Assembly (NCBI GenBank): GCA_004764695.1
Contig: SMSO01000005.1
Coordinates: 372,001-436,000, forward strand
DNA from: Schizochytrium sp. TIO01
Taxonomy: Eukaryota; Protista; Bigyra: Labyrinthulomycetes
DNA: 64,000 bases
Direction: 5' to 3'
The translations under genes and the position numbers were made by a program. Below, in pieces: positions 26,850 through 38,050 of this stretch (position 1 is the stretch's first letter; every line of letters begins with the position of its first letter). Under the pieces are notes generated by a model. The model had not been told where the DNA came from, searched no databases, and saw only the letters and a program-made list of their open reading frames with translations.

Positions 26850-29150
26850 CTGAAATGAAACAAGTTCAAAGCAACCCTGGGGAAATCCGCCTGCGCTCTT
26901 TGCCAAGTTTTAGAACCGTAAGAAGGAGATTGCCCTGAATTTTAAACACGCAGGACATTTTGCGTACAAATCTACCCAAAACCAAACCCTCCGTTAAAGG
27001 CTAAAAAAATAATTCCTTGAGAAAAAAAAGTATTGCAGAAGAGTGTGTATTAGTTGCTCTTTCGAAGGAATGTATGCTTGATCATACGACAATGTTTAAT
27101 CATAATATTCGATTGTATAATATAACATAAAGCCACTAATTAGGAGGAATCTATGTTGAACCCAAACTATATTTAAACCTGAAAGGGATGTTTTACAACT
27201 TTTAGAGACCGAACCTTTTAGGAATCTCAGTCCAAAGCATCGTAGATACGTCATTTTATAACGACGGTCATCGTGCAACTTAATTTCAAAAATTGAGGGG
27301 CCTTGCCTCAGAGTATTACAAGCCAAAACTTTTAACGGAAACAGGTTTCTGGGTCCTATCAAAAATGCATCGTAGGGTAAATTGCACATTCTTACAATGC
27401 CGTTCATCGCAACTTCTATATTTACAAGAACTCTGCAATGCAAAGTACTGATGACAGAGCTAGACTGCACTCCTTTCGAAAGTAACAGCTTCTTACAAAT
27501 TTGAGAGGTATGAAGAACACAATCAACCGTGTGTCTTAAGAGATATATAAATTATTGTTCCCTACTGCATTAGCATAACAAGAACTTTCAGGACATGCTT
27601 GGTACACTCAGTATCATAGGAGAATCAACTTACAAGTTTATAAGCTATAGAATATAGCCTGAATATGTTATAGAGCATTTACCATATGATATTCATTGTA
27701 AATCATCATCCATTCTAATTTGGATAACCTTCCCTATTTACAAGTAATACAGAAAAAATGACCTTCGAATAAAACAGCTCTTCTGAGTTCCATCTTACGT
27801 GTATTTTAATGCTAGGTATAAAGCATCGCAAATGCTTTGTCGTATGATGGTTAAGGAATTTTTCAAGATAGGCATTCGCTGCTTGTTCCAACTTCTAAAA
27901 GCGAAGGTTAGTGACAACAAAGAAAGGTTGAGAGTCTACAAGAATGTATAAAAGAAGCATATTATAGTGCAATCGTTGGAGAAGAGCGTAGTGCAGGAGA
28001 ATCGCATTAGAAAAAACAAAAAAAACATTTCATCTATGTGTCACCTTAAAGTGTATTACAATGCAATATATGTAGCACTACAAATGCTTTGTTGTATGAT
28101 GGTTGATACACTTTACCAGAAAAGCATGCGTTGCGAAGAGCATCAATTAGGACAGGAGAAGTGAACATTACAAGTTCTGAGTCTATAAGAATGTATAAAG
28201 GAGTCTTCCGCAGTGTAACTTTTGGAGAAGAGCATAATATGGGAGAACCTCATTCAGAAAAAACACTTCTTCTGATTGTCACATTTCAAGTATCATATGC
28301 AATACATATAGCACTAAAAGTAATTTGTTCTATGATGTTTGATGAACTTTTCCGAAAAAGTCTCCATTGCACCAAATTGTAGGCATAGATGGGGAAGTGC
28401 TCATTACAAGTTCTGAGTCTACAAGAATATATAAAGAAGCCTATCAAAGTGCAATTGTTGGAGAAGAGTATTATACAGGAGAACCTCATTCAGAAAAAGC
28501 ACTTCTTCTGATTGTCACATTTCAAGTATCATTATATATGTTACTCTAAGCACCTCATTGAACAGTGGCTGATCAACTATTCCAAACAAGTATCCATCGC
28601 ACTCAAATTGTAGAGTATCACATCGATTAAGACAGGGCAAGTGCTAATACAAGTTTTGAAGTTAAAGGAATTTACAAAATGCCTTGATACTATAAGAGAG
28701 CCTATCACAATGTTGTTCTTGTAGGCTTTCTTCTTGGGAGGACACTTATTGAATGACAATTGAAATATATGATGCTTGCGGAGGTATGAATGAACTAAAG
28801 AAAATCGTTCATGGTTCCTTTAATTTTTCTACATGACAGTAGCAGCATTTGAGACTTTACCTATTCTACTAAGAGGCACAATGCCAAGAGGCTTGGTCCT
28901 GAAAGTTTTCTCCAGAAATATGCACCAGATTTACAAGATTTGCCATGTAATGAGGGCTTATAAAGTAATCTCAATATGATTGATCGCACCAACGATTTGC
29001 AAGGAATACCGTGGTCAATCAAGGGTTCAAGAATTTTTGTGAAAGAGCAATTGTAGAATCTCGTTATATAAACTAAAACAAAGCAACCATATCTAGAGGA
29101 GCTAGCTCATAAAGAACGAGTAACAGTAAGCAATTGTGAAAAAGTATCTG
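26850..29150 (+). pseudogene. Decayed leucine-rich-repeat (LRR) gene relic
   Basis: Hand translation gives ENQLTSL (27620), NLDNLPYLQVIQ (27717), LQVLSLQE...LLEKSIIQENLIQK (28404), and NDLQGIPWSIKG (28991) in frame with PYLEEL (29087). Many stops and frameshifts; boundaries approximate. Confidence 0.55.
27790..28700 (+). repeat. Imperfect tandem repeat, about 4 copies of a ~236-247 bp unit
   Basis: Anchor gagtct(a)(c/t)aagaat at 27932, 28179 and 28415. Anchor caagtt(c/t)tga at 28171, 28407 and 28650. The block ggagaacctcattcagaaaaa(a/g)cacttcttctgattgtcacatttcaagtatcat is near-identical in copies 2 and 3. Confidence 0.9.
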
Positions 29151-29261
29151 CGAGTTGCTCATATATTGAAACTCGGGATGATTTTTTCAATATTGAGTAA
29201 TATATAGACGAGAAAACAAGTTCAGAGATCGAGAAAATCATCATCAACATCAACACAACAT

Positions 29262-30485
29262 CTATGCGGAGTCAGAAAAGGTTGCCTTCAGTGGCACAGT
29301 AATGGAAAGCATCCACGAGGCTTTGTTGTCAAAGGTAGCAAGCAAAAAACCATCCTTGACATCTTCGGGCAAAGATTCCGGAAAGCTCACCTCAAAGAGC
29401 CCTGGCTTGTCCGTGCTATAAGCAGATGAAGAAAGTGCTGTCTCAGAAACCTCATGGCCAGATTCAACCGAGGTGGACTCAACACTAGTGAGAAAAGAGA
29501 ACTCAACAGGGGGGATCTCTGTAGAATCACTGCCCTTGACTGGTGAGATCTCCAAGGTTACCTTGCTTCGTGGACCGGTGCGGGTCATCCACAAGGGAAA
29601 GTACTCCGTCTTGCCCGCGGGCACAACCACTTCAGGGCTGTATGCAAGTGGCAAGTGGTCCTCTTCATCGCCCTTCTCAATAAACTCATGCGAATCCAAG
29701 GTTTGCATCTTTTCCAAACGGTGAATCGCACGCGGCTCCACATACTTCAGTAGCTCACGGTGGTAACGCGACTGGAGAAACATAACCTTGTCTAGAGTGC
29801 GTTGGCGTAACGCTACAGAAGCCACCTTCCAAACACCATAGAAGCTTAATGGGGTGTTCACAAAGATTACCTTGCTCGAGGATTCAGGATAGTATGCGGA
29901 CCCAGCCTTCATTACAGTGCTGAGCACCTTCATTGCGCTTGCGTGCTGCACAAGAGAGACACCAAACTTGCTCAGATCGCGAATTTGCACAGTGCGGACC
30001 ATGCGATCAGTCTCCAAGGTCAAAGCATCCAGAAGCTTGGCACGGGTCTCGAAAAATCCGATGTAGTGCTCCAGAATCTTGCGCTCCGGAACTTGGGCCA
30101 GCAGCAACGTTGGGTCTGAAGCGCCAATCACCTCCAGGTGAACCAAATCACCACTGTGGCTCTTACCTGCAATGTACCACGGTCCGTACTCACCAACCTT
30201 GCGGATTTCCTCCCAATGCGGAAAGGAAGACTGCTTGAGGATCTCAACATCCTCAAGGTGCTTCTTACGGAGAGCCTCTACTTCAACATCCGAGCGCCAT
30301 TTAAGCATGTCCTTGTATGCCTTTGCAGCCTTCTCGTTGTCCATGCCATGTGCCTGCAAGAATCTTGTCAAACGGATGTCGGACTTGACATCATCTGGAA
30401 GCTCGTGACCCACATCCTTCTCGTACACTGCGATTGCATCCGACACCAAAGCACGGAGCCCTTCCACGTTTTCTACTGCAGACAT
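29262..30485 (-). CDS. Sec14-like CRAL-TRIO lipid-binding/transfer protein with C-terminal GOLD-like domain
   Basis: CRAL-TRIO_N motif (SDIRLTRFLQAHGMDNEKAAKAYKDMLKWR). Core motif YYPESSSKVIFVNTPLSFYGVWK...RTLDKV. GOLD-like EVVVPAGK...LATFDNKASW. First ATG at 30485 (MSAVEN); the ORF-track start at 30584 is GTG. Confidence 0.9.
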   Translation of the reverse strand: MSAVENVEGLRALVSDAIAVYEKDVGHELPDDVKSDIRLTRFLQAHGMDNEKAAKAYKDMLKWRSDVEVEALRKKHLEDVEILKQSSFPHWEEIRKVGEYGPWYIAGKSHSGDLVHLEVIGASDPTLLLAQVPERKILEHYIGFFETRAKLLDALTLETDRMVRTVQIRDLSKFGVSLVQHASAMKVLSTVMKAGSAYYPESSSKVIFVNTPLSFYGVWKVASVALRQRTLDKVMFLQSRYHRELLKYVEPRAIHRLEKMQTLDSHEFIEKGDEEDHLPLAYSPEVVVPAGKTEYFPLWMTRTGPRSKVTLEISPVKGSDSTEIPPVEFSFLTSVESTSVESGHEVSETALSSSAYSTDKPGLFEVSFPESLPEDVKDGFLLATFDNKASWMLSITVPLKATFSDSA

Positions 30486-31099
30486 CTTGCCTTTAAAAAG
30501 CCCACACTTGCGCGCTAATGCTGGAAGTGATTGCTCCCCGAGCCCTTCTTCACACCCTTGACCACGTCGCGGGTATGTATCCACGTTGACTCTACACTCG
30601 CAAACGCACCACTGCTAACAGAGATGTGATTGTCTTTGCTGCTTTGTTGTGAACTCGCGTTCGCTACCGCTGGCTCACAGAAGAAAGGGGTGTGCTCAAG
30701 AAAAGTACAATATAAGATTGCACCTCGATTGACCGCCACCTGTCACGCGCGCCAAACCTCAAGCTGGCCACAAACAGGATACCTCTCAAGAGACAGAAAG
30801 AAGTGCAAATTTTGGCGTGGTCTTCTCAGACGCTAACGCAAATCAAGCCACCGCCAAAGCCTTCTTGCAGCGCAACAAGTGGACTCGAACTTCTCAAACT
30901 AGTTGGGTGTTTGCTTCTCGATCCTATTCTTCACCACGCTAAGACTACTGTACGATCACCTAGTTTAAACTCACAAGAGAAAGAAGACAAAAGAAAATAA
31001 GCAAAATCGTTAATACACAAGTATTATATGGAAATAAAGAAAAAAGAAAAATCCACTCCAAATAATATAATAATATGAGGTCTTAAGGGTTGTGAAATG

Positions 31100-32850
31100 T
31101 AATGCAGCTGGACTTGCACACCTCGCAGCGTACAAAGCGACGGTACTACTGACACTCTTGCCTGAGAAGATGTTCTTGCAGAGTTGCAGAGGCTACTTAG
31201 AAACAGTGAGTGCTTCGGCCTTGCTTGGGATTATGCTTGGTCATAGTCCTTAGTCCAAGTTTGGCCTTTTGTGTTTCCGTTTGTTTATGGTGAAGACGAT
31301 GAACGCTAGCAGAGCCTCCTGTGAAGCTTCAAGACTGACGAATATTTTTATAGAGCAGAGCAACGCTCTGCGGAGCAAGGTGGAGTATTTTCCTGAGTCA
31401 GTGGCAATCCAAAAGACTTACAGGTAACGAAACACGAACTCTAAAGATAAGAAAACGCTGGTCGTAATCTGATTCATTCACGTTAAGCTTGATGGATGTT
31501 CTGGGCTTCTTGTATCGTAGGATAGATAAAACTAAGCAGGTGCTTAGAATGCATCTAGTGAGATTTATCTAGCCGCATTGTAGTGGGGAACACTCTTAGA
31601 CGGGGAAACTAATTTACAAGACTGTTGAACGAAACTTAATGGCAAAAACTCATCCATCAAAGAGGAGAGACGAGATGGAAGCGTGCTTGCGATAGGTTAA
31701 TGGTTGTAACCTGCTCCACACTCACAAATACAAACCTAATATTTGCCAGTAATCGACAAATGCTTGCTTGTGTGCACACAACTTGTACAAAATTAAACAC
31801 TTACTTGGAAGGTATTACTAGGTACATCTGGTGAGGGGTGAACAACCAAATAGTAACCACGTACAAGTTCCACTTGTGCAACATTACCAGCCTAGCAATC
31901 CTATAACTTGGCTAAAAAAGAAACAACCAAAATGTTAGCTGCAATATTATTGGTAATCTCAAACTTAAAGTTGGTCCATGGACCATGCTAGGCAGTAAAC
32001 AATTAAAAACTTTCCGGCAGCTCTATGCATTCAAGATCTAAAGTGTCCAGTGTTTACTTATGCACATATTTTGCAATACCTAACAAGTTTTGCTGTTTCA
32101 GTAGCCTCGCTAGGAGTGGATAGGAAATTTACATCGCCGACCCATTCGCATTTCCATCATCCATTCCGAAAGGGCAATTCTACTTTTGCATATTGAAGGA
32201 TCTGGAAGTCATTTATCAAACACGATCTGCATGGCGACTCTAACGTTGAATCTCACAGAATATTTTCCAGCTCAAACGCATCAACACCAATTCCTCTTTC
32301 AAAACTATTATCCTATTCTAGCAGGAACGTCCGTTTGCTTCTGTGAAAATAATTACATCATTTAGCAATGGAGAGCAGTTTCACTTGTCTTTGAGGCCCA
32401 CTGTGTACAAAGGTTTGAGAAACACCCTCAAAGTAATAAAAGTTCAATTTTGATTGTTTTTCTTATAAACATAACGTAATCAAACTATTTGCTATGTTCC
32501 GTGGGAGATACTGATCCAATTCTGACTACAAATTGAGTGGTGAGATTACTTCGTTCATTACAGTCAGAAAATCAAAGATACGAAATTCTTTAAAGAAAGT
32601 ATCTAACATGACATGATACATGATTAAGTAGATATTAGCACGGGTGATGACACTTCTAGTTAAGAAATACATGGGAACATTATACCTTTACAATAGTCAA
32701 TTGAGAACGAGCCTCCTTTGACCGTGATAGGTTGCTTAACATAACTATAATCGAAGGAAATGGCTCAGAGATTTAGAGCTGGATCAAAACGATAACAGCA
32801 CAAGTGCCTTTCTCGAGTACACTAAGATTACTGTGGCAATCTGATCTATT
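31100..32850 (+). pseudogene. Decayed LRR gene relic
   Basis: LCNITSLAIL*LG (31874), ILLVISNLKLVH (~31944) and TIKNFPAALC (31999). In one frame, IPNKFCCFSSLAR (32076), IPKGQFYFCILKDLEV (32163) and ISQNIFQLKRINT (32250) are spaced exactly 87 bp apart. Also ICYVPWEIL (32487) and WLRDLELDQN (32761). Boundaries approximate. Confidence 0.65.
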
Positions 32851-32937
32851 ATTAAATATCTATGTCAGCCTCGCAACTAGTACAGACTATCGGCTTCCTC
32901 GAACGTAGCAGTACGATTTTTCATATGTATATGTCAT

Positions 32938-34392
32938 TCACAGCCGCGAGGTTGCTGCGTTCGCTTGCATAGCGGTTTGGCCATCGAGACGCTCTAAGAC
33001 GATCCTGTGAGCGCCTGGACGTAAAGAAACAAAATTGTAAGGTCTAACCGTATGACCAATAACGCTTGACAACCGAAAAGTAGAAACCAAAATACCAATA
33101 AATAATTTGGATTCTATGCTTGAAAGTGGGCGGCCTAAACACGCGCGTGGCCCACCACCAAACGGCCTCGGTACTGCGGCATGCCCTTCTACATGTGGGC
33201 ATTCAAATGATCCAGCATCGTGCCCAAAATAACGCTCATCACGATGATACCCATAGAGGCTAAATACAACTTCTTGACCTTTGGGAATCATATATCCTGC
33301 TAAGTCCGTGTCGCGTGAAGGGCATCGCGTAATGGCAGCAACACTCGGCATCAACCTGGCGCTCTCGAGGAATGCAGCTTCTAAGGTCTTCAACCGCTGC
33401 AGTTCTACCCATGAAGGTACTGAGTTATCCCTAAAAAGTCCTGAATTCTTGAGCTCTACGCGTACTCTATCTTGAACGTCTGGATTTTCTGCTAGATGAA
33501 TCAAGCTCCATGATATTGTACTGGAAATGTTTTCGTGACCCATCGTCAGAAATGTTAAGCAGAGGTTTTCTATCTCTGCATCAGACAAGGCAGTATCGTC
33601 ATCTACAAAAAGCTTTACCCATGGCACTTGGTCTTTGGACGCCTCAGAAACAGCAACAGCCTCACTGCGTGCTTTCTGGATGGCTTGTTGAAGTTCCGGC
33701 TTTAGAATTGCCAACGGGCTTGTCGCTGCACCCTGCTCACCAGTCCTCCAGCGTCGGTCTGATAAATCAACAATACGCCAATGCAGAACCATCATGAGCT
33801 CCCGAAGGGCACCCACACGACGTTCGATCCCCTTCCGGTGTCGAAGCCCCTCTAAAGCACCCCAAGGTTCGCCCAAAACTAACTCTGAGATCACATCCGT
33901 CGCTGTGGCACGAATAGCTCGATCAAGAGCAATTGTCTCGTGCTCCATAGTAGGCCGGCCGTTATAGTGGCACCTTGCCAGCCAGAATTCGCGAAGTCGT
34001 AGGGCATGAGCATGCACAACGGTCATTACACGGGTCATGAGCTGCTCATTCACTACTCGCATTGCCACCCCACGTAATCGCCCCTGCAGTGCACCGTCCA
34101 AAGCAATGAGATGCATGGGCACGATTGAAGTGAAGGGTTCTACAGTTTGAGGTCCTTTCAACCAAAGACCAGAATCGTCTCGCAAGACTCTCTCCAAAGA
34201 CTCCTCATCGTGTACGTGCACAGTGGAAACCTCGCCGTCCGAGGCCTGCATAGACACTCTCCATATACGCGGAGAGCCCATAAGGTGCCGTAACTGCGCC
34301 ATGCGCATGAACGGATCCGCCACTTGCGGCCTGTGCGTGGGCTCCACACCCAGCTCTGCCAGCGGGATCTCCTCAAAGGGCAGGACGTCCAT
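32938..34392 (-). CDS. Cytochrome P450 (no N-terminal membrane anchor, atypical I-helix)
   Basis: Heme motif PFGGGPRACLG (Cys codon 33139-33141), K-helix ESAR (ExxR), I-helix TFLTMGHENISST, and beta-region DLAGYMIPKG. 484 aa, single exon. Confidence 0.95.
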   Translation of the reverse strand: MDVLPFEEIPLAELGVEPTHRPQVADPFMRMAQLRHLMGSPRIWRVSMQASDGEVSTVHVHDEESLERVLRDDSGLWLKGPQTVEPFTSIVPMHLIALDGALQGRLRGVAMRVVNEQLMTRVMTVVHAHALRLREFWLARCHYNGRPTMEHETIALDRAIRATATDVISELVLGEPWGALEGLRHRKGIERRVGALRELMMVLHWRIVDLSDRRWRTGEQGAATSPLAILKPELQQAIQKARSEAVAVSEASKDQVPWVKLFVDDDTALSDAEIENLCLTFLTMGHENISSTISWSLIHLAENPDVQDRVRVELKNSGLFRDNSVPSWVELQRLKTLEAAFLESARLMPSVAAITRCPSRDTDLAGYMIPKGQEVVFSLYGYHRDERYFGHDAGSFECPHVEGHAAVPRPFGGGPRACLGRPLSSIESKLFIGILVSTFRLSSVIGHTVRPYNFVSLRPGAHRIVLERLDGQTAMQANAATSRL

Positions 34393-34564
34393 GTTTGCAC
34401 ACAGACTTTGTCAAGCCTGCAGATTAGCTAAGAGTCTAGTTGCCTTCGAACTCGACTTGTTTTGGCCTTTTTGACTTCAAATTGCTGTCAGAATTTACTA
34501 ACACTTTCCTTTTATGGCAATGTAAATCGCTAGGAGACCCTTAAGTACCTCTAAGTACATACCT

Positions 34565-35420
34565 ACCCGGCATTCTCGTCGGTGTGTATCTCTACAGCTT
34601 GGGCTGAAGCTTTGGAGTCAGGTAGCGATGGCGTTTGGGTTAAGGGTGCGAACTCCATGCGATGGGGGATGATGCTTTTGGGGCTCAAGGTTTCTGGCAA
34701 ACATTCTGCACAAATTGGGACTCATGCGCTTCAGTCCGTCTGCCCATCTCGTGGGTTTCTTGTTAGTATGGCCCCATACTTGGCATCACGATATTCCTGC
34801 ACATTCTCAGCAGAAGACCTTCGCGCTTTGATCAGTTTTCGTAGTTTAGTAAAAGCACAAAGCTAAACCATGCTTATCGAGACTTCCCCTTAGCATGTAT
34901 ATAGTTTACTATTGTGAAGTTCGTCAATTGGACACTCTCAGTGCCTAGTCCTTTGGCTGTTTATGCCTCGCGCTATGTAGTCAGAGACCTTGAAGCAACT
35001 TGCTGCACAAACTCAAGCCAACAATCACTCGAACGTGCATTAGGAAGCTAGCTTGGTAGAGCGTGGTAGCACCACCAGAGGAAGGCAACATAGTGCTTGT
35101 ATCCAAGTTGCTTCAAGGCTTTTCACTCATGACCTCTAACTACATCGTGAGAGTGGTTGCACATGCAACTACTGCAAAGCGGTACTTCTTGGTACCTGGA
35201 CCCGAGAGAATCTCTACATGCGACAGCCGCATAAGCTTTCCAGCCGCCAGAACTGCATTTACCAACTCAACCTAAGCGTGCACGTACCATGCACTAAGCC
35301 ACCGACCCAACCATTGCTCAAAGCAGTCTCAGCAGCTACCAAAGGTTCGAGCCCATTCTCTCCGCACAACACCAGCAAGTTATCTGAGATCGATCTATCC
35401 CTGATGCTTTGCAAAGCCCT
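34565..35420 (-). pseudogene. Possible decayed coding relic of unknown family
   Basis: The minus strand reads as protein-like segments broken by stops and shifts, e.g. DNLLVLCGENGLEPLVAAETALSNGWVGG, VELVNAVLAAGKLMRLSHVEILSGPG and FTKLRKLIKARRSSAENVQEYRDAKYG. No family recognised. Confidence 0.3.
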
Positions 35421-35957
35421 CTACCTACGGTAAACAATAGCACTGCTCTACTTGTCGCTCGTGACTAGCCATCAGCGTAGGACAGGGCACACCGCGTGTG
35501 CTAGAGTTGATGGTATGAAGGCGGCCTATGCGTTAACAAGTACTGGAACTTGAAGAAGAGCTCAGGCGGAAAAGCGGAAAAAGAGAGCCTGCGCTAAGGA
35601 CGCGGAAGAGTCTTTCATCGTGACGATCATCAGTTATCTCTGTCATGTGGTGTGAATGAGAGGAGCTTCGAGGCAGGAGGAGCCTAGTCGAGTATGAAGG
35701 CTTAGAGTATCAAAGAGGAGTGTAGTCAATGAAGCAGTACTAGTACTAGGGTGAGCGAAAGAGGTCTGTAGAGATCTCGCGAGAAGAACTTGAAGCTGGT
35801 CGCTGCGAAAGCAAACCAAGCCTGGAAAGGATATCAAGCTGTGCTTGTGTGCTTGTGTGATTGTGTGATTGTGTGATTGTGCGCCTGCTTGCGTGTTTGC
35901 TTGCTTGCGATTGCTTTGGTCGATTGCTTTGGTTCTTGAAAGGGACTCCCAGGCAGG

Positions 35958-37118
35958 ATGGCAACGCACGAGGGAGATGTGAGCCAGCTGATCGAAAAGG
36001 GAGACCTCGAGGGTCTCAAGAAAGCTGTCGAAACTGATCCGCGAATACTTGACGTAAGGTTGACGAGGAGACAGTATACACCTCTTATGTGCGCTGTGAT
36101 GTCGGATACAGATGATCATCGTGAAGAAATGGTCCGGTGGCTGATTCGGCAGGGGGCTGATCTGAATGCACAGTGCAACCAAGGCTATACAGTGCTCATG
36201 ATTGCATGCAGACATAATCGCTATGAAGTTGTAGAACTTCTTCTTCATCACAACGCTAAGGTTAACCTGCAGCAGTATCAGAAGGCCACAGCGCTGATAT
36301 TGGCATGCTCGCAAAATCACACTCGTGTGGCAAGGATACTCATTCGTGCAGGTGCCAAGCTCAACGTACAGGACTTCAAAGGATGGACTGCACTTATGGT
36401 AGCCTGTCGCTTCAAGCATGCAGAGTGTGCCAAAATTTTAATTGAAGCTGGTGCCAAACTCAATATGACAAATCACAGCTCTTGGACGGCGTTGACAATC
36501 GCATGTAGATATGGCCTGCCAGAGGTGGCAAAGATCCTCATCAACCGCCATGTGCAGCTCAACGTCAAGCAAAATATTGGTTGGACCCCGCTAATGTTCG
36601 CATGTCAATATAACCAACCTAGCATCGCTCAATTTCTCATCGAGAAAGGAGCAAAGCTTGATCTTCAAGAGGACGAAGGCTGGACAGCGCTCATGATTGC
36701 CGCAAAGATGAACCTTCTGCCGATTGTACGATCCTGCTGGGCGAACGGTGCTTCTATAAATATCACCAACCACGATGGAAAGAATGCGCTTCATGTGGCT
36801 GTAGATAAAAGTCACCATGACATTGCTCAATTCATTCATTTTGTGCAGTCCTCGGACGTCGCAAATATGCTGATGAATCAACTCCACCTGCCTCGACCCA
36901 TTGTAATCGCCTTTTATGATGAAAACATTCGTACTATGGATTCATGCAGTTTGCTGACAGACGTGCATTTACAAGTTCTTGGCGTCATGAACAAGCGCTT
37001 GCGACGCCGGGTTCTTGAGCACGTTGCTGATGATATGTTGTCCTGTCATAAACATGCTCAGAACCGACAAAATTTTACGCGAGTTACAAAATTGTTCTCA
37101 CCTCTTGCATCGCGCTGA
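35958..37118 (+). CDS. Ankyrin-repeat protein with C-terminal SAM-like domain (paralogue 1)
   Basis: About 8 ankyrin repeats (G(W/Y)T(A/P)LM.AC...A.ILI..GA.LN). C-terminal LHLPRPIVIAFYDENIRTMDSCSLLTDVHLQVLGV...LRRRVL fits the SAM pattern. Confidence 0.92.
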   Translation: MATHEGDVSQLIEKGDLEGLKKAVETDPRILDVRLTRRQYTPLMCAVMSDTDDHREEMVRWLIRQGADLNAQCNQGYTVLMIACRHNRYEVVELLLHHNAKVNLQQYQKATALILACSQNHTRVARILIRAGAKLNVQDFKGWTALMVACRFKHAECAKILIEAGAKLNMTNHSSWTALTIACRYGLPEVAKILINRHVQLNVKQNIGWTPLMFACQYNQPSIAQFLIEKGAKLDLQEDEGWTALMIAAKMNLLPIVRSCWANGASINITNHDGKNALHVAVDKSHHDIAQFIHFVQSSDVANMLMNQLHLPRPIVIAFYDENIRTMDSCSLLTDVHLQVLGVMNKRLRRRVLEHVADDMLSCHKHAQNRQNFTRVTKLFSPLASR

Positions 37119-37429
37119 AAACTTCTCCAGAACGACGACCAATCGTCTGCTTACAAGGATTCTGACCCTCCTGGAAGAATACTCCTGAACATTGCCCCCA
37201 CTTTTGGTTCTAAATGGATCTTATAACAGAGGAATTATCACCTGATTTGAACTCTTTTGAGGACTCATATGTACCAACAGTCTGTACATAGAGCTGTCGA
37301 CGTTTACATCTGATCTGATCAGAGACTGAACCAGTGTTTTCCCCGCAAGTTAAAAAATAATAATTAAAAGTAAAAAGAAACTTTGATCATATTCCAAGTT
37401 CATGTTTTCGATACTCTTTCTCTTAGCAG

Positions 37430-38050
37430 ATCCCTAACGGCAAGTGATACGTGCTTGATAGCTTGATATGTAGGAAATAGTGGTCGATCGCATATGGCAA
37501 TAGGTACTCGATTGGTCGAGTTGACTCATCCAGTTATTAGCGCTTCATGGGAAATTCGTCTCTACCAACTTTAATAAAGTTTAATTTGGTTTCCCTATAG
37601 AAACTCAACCCCAAACAATCGCTCGTTACATTATGCGAATGACCCATGGTTTAGCAAGAGTAGCTCGATCGATTATCAGTAGCCGGCATAATTTATATTA
37701 TCTTTCACTCTTGATGCAGAAGCAAGCTGCACTTTTGGAAGATTTACAATATATTTTCAAACAGAACATCCAATGTGCAGATGAATATCAGCGTTTGAGC
37801 TACCCAGTCACTAACTCTAACGTTGGGTCGCGCTCATGTTCAGGCGGTTCTAACTGTATACACGATATTCTGACCCTTTCTTTGAAAATTCCTCAGAATT
37901 AGTATCTATACTTATATAATCCTCAATCATTTCTACTCACGTCGAAAGAACTCTCTGAATATCTACATCACCCTTAGGTTTAGGTGTGTCACCATTATCT
38001 CCTTTGGTGTATAGTGTAGGTTGCCGTTCATAAGTGCATTCGTTGAGGTA
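37430..38050 (+). pseudogene. Decayed LRR gene relic
   Basis: WEI then, after a frameshift, SSLPTLIKFNLV (37556). SIISSRHNLYYLSL in ORF 37633..37902. KIPQN*YLYLYN (37885). Boundaries approximate. Confidence 0.45.

Noticed and set aside
27790-28700. ~240-bp repeats considered as a CRISPR array or TPR gene
   Set aside because: Units are long and diverged throughout, with no constant repeat/unique spacer pattern and no cas genes. The GEEH-like words suggesting TPR are in a frame lacking other TPR features.
35300-35370. GGTTCGAGCCC, resembling a tRNA T-loop/B-box
   Set aside because: The T-stem is mismatched and no acceptor, D or anticodon arms can be built.
35643-36419. 258-aa minus-strand ORF
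   Set aside because: Antisense to the ankyrin gene and runs through an SSR (HNHTITQ); no domain.
37119-37230. Possible stop read-through or frameshifted extension of ankyrin paralogue 1
   Set aside because: The short open stretches after the TGA show no similarity to the tail of paralogue 2 or to any motif.
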